This document shows, in pieces, positions 49,501 to 61,500 of a stretch of DNA of 64,000 bases. Source of the DNA: Phoronis australis. Lineage: Eukaryota > Animalia > Phoronida. The DNA is taken from the NCBI GenBank assembly GCA_002633005.1, contig NMRA01000307.1:86688-150687 (forward strand). Reading direction: 5' to 3'. The notes below the pieces were generated by a model. The model was not told the origin of the DNA and did not search any database. It saw only the letters and a program-made list of their open reading frames with translations. Both the position numbers and the translations under genes were made by a program. The first letter of the stretch is position 1, and each line of letters begins with the position of its first letter.

Positions 49501-52500
49501 ACACTATTTTGAAAATTTCACATTTTACTGATTAGGTCAAAAAAGCGTGTTTGGTTCTGGTCTGATTTTTTTGTTTGAAAATTAAGTTTGTTGTGCGGTA
49601 TTTTTAGCAGCTCCTTTTTCAAAAAAGACAATCCACCAAAGCAAAAAATGATGTGGCATTTTTTGCTCATTTCTTGGCATGTCATGACGTTTTTGAACCA
49701 TGCTCACCTGTGCCTTTGTGCAGCTTTAAAAAGCACAAAACCTTGGCTGAAATTAATACAGGTGGATGTCTTTTTTACTTTTTAGTTGGTGAGCTCAGGT
49801 CTCCATATCGGTGTTCTCCACAACAAAAATTCCAAACTCAACGCAAATTTTTATGTTAGTAAACACTGTTCTTTCCGTAACCACAACATGGTCACTGTTT
49901 ATTTATATAGGTTTTAAAAATGTACACTGAACTGGTGTGACCTACTTTTTGACTTTTCCCCACCAATTTTTCACCAAAAGTCCTCCAAAGCATTTGTGAC
50001 AGACTCAGAAAGTCAAATTAAACGTTATAAGTTCCTTTAATAATAAAAATGTCAATTCTAGTTTCAGTTCTACTAAATATTAAATACTACTAACATGTGA
50101 TCTGGTGTGACCAAGTTTTTAGTGACACCTGTTGTCCAGTTGAATAATTCGCCACCATATGTCAGTCAAAATCAAAATCCGCTTAATTAAGCATATTAAT
50201 TTGTTAATTACAGGTTTAAGTGCAAAATTTTAAAGTTTAAATAATATTGCTGGCTAGTCAATTATTAAGGTAAGGTAGCTGACACCATAAAATTATGTTA
50301 AAAAAAGAATTTCTTCAGATTTTTTAGCAATAATTTACACTCTATTATTACAAAAATTGTCATATATTTATTGTTAACTGCCTCATAACATTAGGAACTA
50401 TGGTTGATGTTGGCAAATTCACCCTCATTTTTGATTCTGAGGGCAAAAGTGCCAAGCGAAAGTTTTAACTTGGCGCGGCACTTTTTAAAATCGACGTGGC
50501 AAAATTTAAACTCGTTGCTGTGTCGAGTCAAAGCTGGTCGTGGAGAACACTGAATGTGCGTTGGACCAGAACCAACTTTTTGGCCTTATTTGAAAATATT
50601 TGATTTATACCCTTTGGAAGACCATCGTTTAGGAATTTGTTTAAACAAGATAGCTTTACGGTCAAATTCCTTTTATGAAGTTTTCAACTGAAAACAAACA
50701 GAAAGGGTATCTTTAAATTCCGGTTTTCACCATGCCAGATGTGTTTGTCAAATTGCAGGCTGCGTAAGGCGATCAAGGAGGAGAAAATGCAATTGATAAA
50801 ACAGTTGTTGACTAAAGCAGCGAGGGATTTGTCGGCTAAACAGAGGGAGAAGTTGCCGGACGACTTGAAGGACAAGGTGTTGGAGAAATTCGAGCACCTG
50901 GAGCACAAGCGTAAGCTGTAAGTTTCATTGAATAAATGCACAGACAGACTGGCAACAGACCACTTGCGGTTCTCTGAATTTAGCGGAAAAGTGGGACAAC
51001 AAATTTGCTGTCTCGTAGCATAAACTTGCAAAAGATGTATGGCCCTGTAGGTTAAAAGGCAACGTGAGGTTTCACAAACCTCAGGTAGATGCCTTCTGTG
51101 CAGTAATACTGAGTGAAAGGTTAGCACCATGGCAACACTGGAAGTGGGTCAAAATACACCATTCGAACATAGTCTGTTGTGTATGCACTACGCCATATAA
51201 TGTCTATTGAAGATCACCATTATGTTTGTTCAGTGAGATTGGATGCAGAGACAAGTTAGAAGCAAACTCATTTTTGGACTGATTACATCACTTGAATACT
51301 GTTGCTTGGAAGGTTAATGTAGGTCAGGGGAACAGTTATTAGTTAATTCATTTTTCAAGTGTACATTACCTGTACATGTACTCCGCTGAAATATGTCTTT
51401 TATAATTTATTTATTTGAACAAGAGGCCACCGGCCCGTAGTTCACAATTTCGTTTCTGATCATCATTGCCCTTTGTATATACATTGAAATATTTTTAAAG
51501 TGGTGTTTGCTGTTCTCGAGTTAAAAAGAGACCTGATATTGTGGCAGCGTGATATAAGTCTTTCTTAAATCTTCCAATACTGGACAGCGTAACATGAAAT
51601 GCTCTTTTGTTTCAATCTATCCGGTACTACAAATGTTACAAGTTCTTTCACTTCGGGCAATACCATTTCTCCTGCCGTTTTGAATTTCTAATGTGTCAGC
51701 CGAACATCTAATGTGTGAGTTGAACATCTAATGTGTGAGTTGAACATCTAATGTGTGAGTCGAACATGTAATGTGTGAGTCGAACATGTAATGTGTGAGT
51801 CGAACATGTAATGTGTGAGTTGAACATGTAATGTGTGAGTTGAACATGTAATGTGTGAGTCGAACATGTAATGTGTGAGTCGAACATGTAATGTGTGAGT
51901 CGAACATGTAATGTGTGAGTCGAACATCTAATGTGTGAGTCGCACATCTAATGTGTGAGTCGAACATGTAATGTGTGAGTTGAACATCTAATGGTCGCTA
52001 TGTAAAATATCTGCTGCTGCGTCATTTCCCTTCATAATTACTTTTCACAAGATAACTTGTACTTAATTCCTCTGTAAATTCACACTTATTCATATTTTCT
52101 ACTACCGACAACCAACTGTGGAAGTTAACATCTCCATGTTTCTTAAAGAAAACTGGCGATTTGTAGTTCTAGAAAATATAATGCCAAAAATTGCAGCTTT
52201 CCCCTTTAAATGAGAGCTTGATTGAGATTTTGTGGACATAGAATCAAATTAAGAATTCCTTACAAAATCTGTGTTGTAACAGTTGGAAGTCATTCTATGT
52301 CTTTAAAGGTACTTTTTCGTCTTCCATTTTGGTTAAATACCTACTTTTAAATTATTGTAGTCAAAACATGTTCATCAATAGTGCTCTTGTTACTCGACTT
52401 TACTATTCCAAAATAAACATTTGGAATTTCTGGTGGTGCACTTACAAAATGGCTGCCATAGGTGGATGCTATTGAATTTCAAATTCTATGAAATGATTAA

Positions 52501-55500
52501 AAAATGCAAACTCATACAGGGCTGTAATTCATGAAATGTGCCTACTTTTATAATATTTTTCAATTTATAAGACTTGTGTTATGTTCTTAAGTCTTGACGG
52601 GAAAGGAAATTTAATCTTTAATGAACCTGTGTCCTTGTCTGTCTCTGTTGCTAGTAAAACCATGACAGCTGAGGAGAAAGTGGCTTACTTAAAGGAGATA
52701 AAGAAAAAACAGAAAGCCTTACGACAACAGAAACACAAGCAAGAGAAGGCGGTACGAATGAATGTAGTTAAATGAACATATCTTGGCTACTTATTGACTC
52801 AACAAGAAAGTCATGTAATTGGCCAACACATTATACAAAAGTGAATCTCAAAACATTCATTTTGTGATTTATGACTATCGTTTCCAACTCGTAAATAGAA
52901 TGAGATAAATTTCTTTTCCTGACCAAAGCACATGGTCAGTAATACCACACGCAGCACTTTTCTCCAGCACTGATTGGTTCACAAGATGCAGTCCCACCAG
53001 AGAGTAAATTTACATAATTTTTTCTGTTGTTGAAATTACAGAATCACGGTGAATCACAGTAATGATATTGTTACCTGGATTTAGTTTGTCCTGAGAAGAA
53101 TTTTTTTTGTAAGATTTAGGCTGAAATAATTTATATAGCTGAAATAACTGCTCTGATCTTAAGCCCCGCCCATTGTTGGTTGAAGTGTTAGATACACGAG
53201 CTGTACAAATTTGCCAGTTTGTGGTAATTAAAGACAAGGTGTATGCCTGCAAGTTTTAAAAATGAAAAATTGAAGTCGTGGTGTTTTGATCTTGAGAAAT
53301 ACAATAAACCTAACTAAAAGTCTGGTAACTCTTATTTTAAAAGAACTCCAAATTATTTCACGGAAACTGAAAAGAAGAGTACTTTAATTGAATTGAAATG
53401 TAAGAGGAATTACTGGCATTTCTTGAACAGAAAGTGTTTGGGAAGGGAGTAATTATTGTTATTTCTTGAACAGAAAGTTGAAGACCAACAATTGGACCTT
53501 ACGCCCCTGCCCCCACCTAAGTTAGTTCCCATGCCTGATGGGTTGCCAAACGAGTGCTTTGGAGATGTTGCTATGGTGACAGAATTTCTGCGATGCTTTG
53601 GTGGTCTTCTTATGCCGGAGGATGAATACCCAATCTATTCAGGTAATCTTGAAAAAATAATATTTCCTTACCGGAATTTTCTGTTCATCTGGTTGTATAC
53701 GTTTAAATATGTTATAAAAATTTAAATGAAGCACATTTACAAGGAAGAGGTTGTTACCATGCAAGATTTTGTGAAAACAGAAGCTGTGAGCATTTTTTAA
53801 ATTAAACTTAAAATGGGATGTTTGGTGTTTTCCTGTTAAAATGCGATTAGGTCGTTCTTCGCACTAAAGTTGAGATTTAACTGCAGTTACTGTAATGGAC
53901 ACTTGAATATTTTAATATTGTTATCTGTACATGTGAGTGTTGTTTTCGAACAGATTTTCTGGTTTGTAGTCAACCACAAGATGGCATCTTTGAAAATAAC
54001 ATGTGCAGTTTCAAAGTTTTACTGTTACAATGGCGTTCAGGAAATTAAATCCTATCTCCATGATTGCAAGTTGGCTGGCTGTACTGTCAGTGGCTGTGAT
54101 CCAATTCGATGTTTTCGTTGTTACCACAAGGCTTGGAATTTTCTGCGGAAACGCGGATTTCCGCTTTTTTCAAATGTTCTGTTCGCGTATTTTATTATAT
54201 TTTCACGTAAAAAATCGGGATTTGATATAAAATTTCCACGGCAAATTCCTTTCTTACCGCGGCGTTGCCGACGACGTTCACCTAGAAAAGCGGAAGTTGC
54301 TCTTTATGTTTCGGAGGAACGTAAATTGTCAACATTTCCGGGGCATCTGGGATAGCGTGGTGGGATTTTCAATGGCGTCTCGTGTGATTGTAAACCGCGG
54401 TGACAAATACTACGGCTCTGCGGCCAAAAATGTGTGGGGGTGGGAGGGGACGGTCGAGCTAAAAAGACGCAGACGCATGCTACTAATGGTGGTAACGTTT
54501 TTTTTTGTCCTCTTGACTTTTGTCGGCAAATGAAGGTTCATATCGGCTATTGCAAGACTGGGTAGCGCGCATGTTTTGGGCCGTAAAAGTTTCCGCGTTT
54601 TTTGTCATTAGTCATTCCAAGCCGTGTTACCAACATGTTAGTTACCTCTGCCGGTTGTTAATGTTATTTACACGCGATGTTATTCACTTTCAGATGCTCT
54701 CATGAAGGGTTTGGTGAGCGGTAAGGAAGGCTTTGTATATCTATCAAGAGCTGTTACTACCTTGTTACAGACACTGCTTCAGGATGAAATTGCTGAGGTA
54801 CAACTGATGGAAATTGTTATGCATAAGGCTACTGATAATTTGAATTATGTAAAAAGTTGTAGCAGATATTTTAATTATAATTTACGGCATTTGAAGTTAT
54901 GCATCAACATAGAATTGTCTGTTTCAAGCTAACTGCACAAGGTGTTCGGTACTGACTAACACTGGGATAAAGACTGGCAGCTCAAAATCTTGTTTTTATG
55001 CCATTGGTATTGTCAGTGTTTTACAGCATTTAAACCTATTAATGAATTAATCTCCAGTGAATTAATCACAATTTTATATTTAAACCAAAGTACAACTTAT
55101 GTTTTTTGGAAATTCAAGTTTTCAGTGAACGTGATTGTGGCTGAGAAATTTGATCGTTAACTAATTGTCATTGAGACGATTATGTTGACTAGATTAACCC
55201 TTTTGGTGTGGTTTGTTTCGTGGAGGAAAATCAATGCTGTCCCTTGTTACAGTTGTGAAAAGCTGCCTTGGAAACATCACAAGCAACATTTCAAGACATT
55301 TTATTTTGAAATATATTGCAAAACTCACACATATTGTAATTCTGTTACTCTTTAAGTTTAGTTTTGAACCATGTTTAATTCCGTACTGAGATAGTGGATT
55401 GTCGGTTCACTTGTAATAAGCGTGTTCGCCGATGTAATTTACAGGACTACAAGGAGCTCGGTGTTCAGCTGTCAGAGATTCCAGTCAACCAGTACACGGC

Positions 55501-58500
55501 ATCTGAGCTGGTGCGTCTCTGTTTGCGGCGACATGATAGCGAAGATGTGTCCGATGATGAAGACAGTGAAGAGGCAATGATGTTTGACATTGAGGAAGTG
55601 GTCAGTCACTTTAGACTAACGTTGAACTATTGTCATCCTGAGATAGGCTCTTCTAAGAAATTTGAAAAGAAGTGAAGTTATACACCAGAACAGGTCCACT
55701 TTCTGCATTCCATTGAGTTGTATGGTGGGAAAGAAACAAGTACACTTTGAAATTCATGAATTCAAAACTTTGCTGGCATTGCAACAAATTTTGTTAAATT
55801 TGATGTTTAAAGCTATATAACCTCTACCTGAAAACTGAAAAGTGTTTACGAAAGTGACTGTGTGGAGACACCTGTTGGTGCAGAGACATGGGTCTGTTAC
55901 TTTCTTGAAATCTGTCTTATCATAATGTACTCGTCAGTGTTACCACTCAGGGCGCTTAAATTGGGAATCTAAAAAAGGGGGTGGGTGGTAAGTCGAGCAC
56001 GGGCGGTTAAAATCTAAATTTTTGAAAAGTCGGGAGTTGTTGCTTTAATACTGCATGGAGGACAGATTTTACCCTCACGGAGCTAATGACAAGTTGATTT
56101 TTTGCACTGTTGCCTTTGGTTGGGCGCTTCCATTATGGTGTCGGGGGTGAAAGTTATTAAAAACATGCATTTAACCAAGACCGGAATAGCGACACAAGTT
56201 GGCTTGTCACTGTGGACCATGTCTTTGCTTATTTCAATGCTCAGAGTGGTTATGTTTCGTATACTGTCACAGGGAATCACAGAAAGGTCGGCCACGGACG
56301 CAAAATTTGTGTCAATTATCGCTTTGTTGGTTCTTCCACAGCAAATGAAATACATTCGACAAGCGCTGTCTCAGTAATTGGTACATGCCGACACGAGATC
56401 CGTGCGTGAGCCAAAGGAAACAATTGTGTCTCCTTCAGTAAAGGGCATGAGAATACGGGTATTTTACCGCCATAGTAAGGCAAGGTCCCTGTTCCGCTAA
56501 AACTGATTGATTGTCACAGAAAGGTAAACGAGCTGCACTCGTTTTGGAATCTCAATTTTGTGTGACGAACGTTCACAGAAGCACAGACACTTAGGAAGTC
56601 TCGATCATGAAAAATTGGGGGTGGGCGGTAAGCCGAGCATGGGCCGTAACACGGACGAGTACGGTAATTACTATTAAAATTTGTGCATTTTCTTGTGACA
56701 CGAATTGTCACTCTTCTACATTATCTTTGCATTTATCAAAGGTTAAGTCATAGAACTAACCTTTTGGTCTACATCTACTTTTACATGTAGATAGTTTGCA
56801 TCTACTTTTACAAGTAGATAATTTTTAAAAGGTCACTTAACTGTGTTTCGGTGAACATGCCCAAAATTGATCCTGCCATGTGCTTTTGTATGCTTAGTAT
56901 TTCTAATTTATACACTTTAATCTTTTCTGTGTCAGGAAGTGTATCCCTTGGTTTGATCCAAGGGCGGTCTTGAGACGAGCTTTCATTTCCCAGCAGCCAT
57001 TGATAACTTTAGCCAATGCGACAATTACACTTGTCAATTTATCAGACTTCGGTAGCTCTCACTTTCCAATGTCTTGAGCGTTGAGAAGGATCATAGAGCA
57101 TTCCTTTGTGTCGAGGTTGTGTGTGATCTTGTAGATGTCTTTAGTAAACTTTGACGATGTTTGGTATAATTTAAAGACTGATGAGTGAGCTGCACTACAC
57201 AAGACAGAAGTAATGAAACAAAGTACCATATCCCTGTTCACATCAAAACTGAGTGGCAATAGCAATATGGCTGGCAAAGTTCTAATTGCAGTATTGCTTA
57301 ATAGTCTTCTAACTTTCCTGTTATTCCTCCTGACTGTCATGACGGGGAGTTCCAGGTTTTTGTATGAATGCTTGTGGCTTGTACTGTGTGTGGCTATCTG
57401 GTTCATTGATTACTTATCTTTGCAGTCTGAGTTACTGATTGGGCAACTTGAGACGAGTGAGCTATTTGAGATAGAAGCCACTCAGAAGTTACAAGTGTTA
57501 ACTGGGCTCTGTCACCGTATACTGGGCACATACTCTGTGCAGGATTATATGGAGGACAGGCAGAAGGACGCTAGCGCCCTCTGGTAAGCTGAAGTTGGAT
57601 TAGAGCTCGTGGAATGTGCTGCAAATCATTTACAGTTTTTGGTTTCAGATGTCAACTGTTTATGGCCTTGCAAAAGTTGTTTCCAAGTACAGATAGTGAA
57701 ACTTCTGAATAAAAAGCTTTTCAGAAACATTTCATGCAAAGATATCTAACTGACTGATATATCTAAATAGTTTCATTTCGTTGGGTCCATATAAATATAT
57801 TGAGGGTGAAATTCTTTGTGAATGAGCGAGAAGATTCAATTATTTGTGCAACAGTTTGGATCAGCTACCTCTTATTCTCAGACCACTGAAGCTAGCTAGG
57901 CTGTTACTTACTGTTGATTGCTCACAAATTCATATGTTGCAGCTGTCTGTAAAAACTGCTGTTATTTGTGTGGTACACATCAGGAATGTACAAAGATTTT
58001 TTAAACTGTTTATTTTATCTTAGAAATACTACAAGACGTGTTGTAATCACTGCCTACAAGTCATAAGCATTGTATTCAGGCAGAAAGTTGATTGATTAGT
58101 GTTAAGGTATGAGAGAATGTTTCATACAGTCTTGTGACAATTTACGTTGCTGTATGCAAAAGGACAGATAATGTTACAAACCTCCTGATGTCTTGATAGT
58201 GGAACTTCGTTTTGGTCCTCTGAACAATATTCAAAAATCTCATGAATTCTTTTCGTCAGCAATGGAGAATATTCATTTGTCTCTTAATAAGAAAAAATTC
58301 CCTTTTCAACAGACAGAGGCATCATTTCCCCTATGTAGAGCAAAGTCTATGAGTTGGCCGTAACTCCCTTTGGCACATGCTGCTTACAAAACCGTAGACA
58401 TTTTTTCTCATAACTTCAGGAGAGAAAAGATTGCTGAACTGAAAGAGAAAAAAGATCAACGGAAGGCTGAGATGGAAAAGAAGAAAGAAGAACGACAGAA

Positions 58501-61500
58501 GATGAAGGAAGAGAAGGCAAAAGAGGGTAGCACTGACAAGGAGAATAAGGGGGAAACAAAAAACAAAGGTTGGTTGGATGGTGATAGACTCTTTCCAAGT
58601 GCTACACTGGCGAAAAAGTCATGAAACATGACTTTTCATTGATTAACAGAAAATAAGTTACATACTGACTTTCCAGTTGGTTGGAAAATAAAATTTAGAT
58701 ATTCCCATAGGTTCATTGTTTAGAAATACATCACTATACTGTTTCATCTATTGAGAAATGCCTTTGCAACTTTCGATGAAATCAATGCATTCCACGATGA
58801 TTAATTTTTTGTATCATATTTAGGATAAGTACGGGTCAAATAATTAACAAAACGATTAGCTATACTTTTTTGGCTTATTTCTGGCCCGTGTTAAAAGCAA
58901 ACATAAAAATTGAGGCATGTATAATAATGCCCTCACACGGATTTCAACGTGTTGGTCATCGTGCGATCACAGGGCCACTCTGCTCCAAAGGTGGCGCTCT
59001 GACAACAAGAGGATATTGCAAGAGATTATGTTGTTTGCATATTAAGTTGCCAAGCTTCAGTTTGAGTTGAACATAATCAGAAGTTGTTAAGTGAATACTC
59101 GTGAATGCCAACATGGCAGTAGTGTTGTCATGGTAGAATGATTGACAGGTTGTGCCTTGACTGTATTTTGACATCAATGATTGACTGTTTAAAAGTTTAT
59201 TAACTTGCTTCCTCTCCAGTAGTACTTTTCTGTTTTGCTGTCCACGTGACGCTGTCTAGGTATGACATGATTTTCAATATTGCCCTTTCAACCTTTTTGA
59301 TGTATTTTGCCAAATGATAAGATGTCCAGGTGACATCTGTTGGCTGTAAGTAACATATGGGTGTGAATTATTGGTCTTCTAATCATTTATTTTAGCATAT
59401 TTGTTGCCATGTGAACAAGCCTCAATTTTAAGGATAATGATATTTTGGATTACTCTGATGCACGAGGAAGTCAAATCAGAATGTATAAGTACGAGCCACA
59501 ATGTACAGGATGAAGAGGATTACAGTATCTAACATTTTGTAAAATTTAAAGATCAATTCATAATATTAAAGGCTTTACAACACATTCCGATGGTGGCTCT
59601 ACTGATTACTGCAATTGGTGATAATATTACAATAAACTCCCATATGTTTGTCCTAAAACTTTAGAGATCCAAACTTGTGTCTGCAGGAGCTTCTGCTATG
59701 AATCCCATCTGTTTTTACGGTGGTAAAGCACAGGAGAAGTGTGTCGAGGAAGAGCCAGAGGACTTGGCGTCCATTGTTAAAAGACGACGGGAGATGGCAG
59801 CAAAAGCAGCAGAGGAGAAGAAGGAAAGAGAGAAGGAGGAGAAAGCCAGGTGAGTGAGTCCTGAAGGTTGTGGGAGGGGCCAGGAGTTAGTGGGAGGGGC
59901 CAGGAGTTAGTGGGAGGGGCCAGAAGTTAGTGTGAAGGCTAGGATGTGTGACGAACCAGAAGTTAGAGCTGAAAGGTTGTGGGTGTGGTCAGAAGGTATT
60001 GGAAGGGCTAGAAGGTTGTGTGTCATAAGGCCGTGGAAGGATGATGGTATTTGTTTAAAGAAATACCAACGTTATCCTTTTTGTAGGCACTGTGAACCCA
60101 CCTTTCATCAAAATACCGACGGTATCCCCTTAATAGCCTCTGTGAACCCAACTTTTATCAAAATACTGACTATCCCCTTTATAGCCACTGTGAACCCACC
60201 TTTTGTCAAAATACCGACGGCATCCTCATTATAGGCATTGTGAAAACACCTTTTGTCAAAATACCGACGTATCACCTTCATAGCCATTGTGAACCCATCA
60301 TTCATCAAAATAACGATGGTATCCCCTTCATAGCCACTGTGAACCCACCTTTCATCAAAATAACGACGGTATCCCCTTTGTAGCCACTGTGAACCCACCT
60401 TTCGTCAAAATACCGACGATATCCTCTTTATAGCTACTGCGAAATGCGAGCTGAGATTTTTGTCAGCTCGTATCAAGTCGCAAAATGCGACATGGAATTT
60501 CCAACAAATGCGAGCTGAGTTTTTACTCTTCTCGGCAGATACCTGGCAAATATATAGCAGCTATTGTTAATCCGACCATTACTTGGTTGTTGCCAAATCC
60601 AAGTTCAAAAGACCACTAACTGAGAACAGCCCTCCAGATGACTTGTAAGCAAGTCGCGTGACCATGGGATATGCAGAATCGATCTTTGATGCGTTTCATT
60701 GGCTAACATTTTCGGCCACTTATGCAAATTTCCGGATTTGCCGAAGAAAGTTTCGGGCCACATAACACGTGATAAAACCTCACAAAACAGTGGTGTTCCT
60801 ATTACTTCTTAAGCGATCAACTTATCAAACTTTGTGGTGGACAAATATGTTTGTTTTTCGCTTGATGTCCTTATTACCTTTACCAAATATCCACGACAAT
60901 ATCCCTGATATCGCACTGCGGCACTGGTCGGTCCCGTTGTTAGCGTGCAAGCGGTCCCGGCAAAAATGAAGACAATCGTGACTTAGATATGTGCGCCTCG
61001 TTTTTATCCCATAAGACAGCCAAAGTGCAAATGACAACCTATTAATCCCCAAACGACGATCACATCTTTACTTTCAGTTGCCAAGAAATTCTCAAACCCC
61101 ATTACTTGTTTCTGGGGCTACGTGCGCAAAATATGATTTGTCTTTCACACGTTGTTGCCAACGTAAAGTGTAGGCCTATTCCAGAGATTCAAGTGCGTGA
61201 ACTCACACGTGCGCACCGTTTTGAAGCTGTACATCAAAAGAGAACAGTGGCTGTCCTAAATGAAAGAGTATACCGGCTTGGCTCTGTCAAGCACCCGGGT
61301 GCCAATGGTTTATTTGAAAATGAACTCAAAGATTTCCGGTGGTTACGATGCTTTACGATATTCCCCGGGACGGATGTAACCCAGAACTGATATTTTCCGG
61401 TTCCGATGTTTCTCGAGGTTGATGTTCTCTAAACCCTATATTCTATGCCCATAGCCAGCTATTGCAACTAAACGGGTACTAGATGCGAAATTGTGGTTTT

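Noticed and set aside
51688-51993. CRISPR-like array, and repetitive ORFs 51708-51967
   Set aside because: Head-to-tail 20-bp units with no unique spacers, in a eukaryotic intron with no cas genes; the ORFs are translations of the repeat.
60060-60441. CRISPR-like 50-bp periodicity
   Set aside because: The whole unit is repeated with scattered substitutions and no spacer, so it is a minisatellite.
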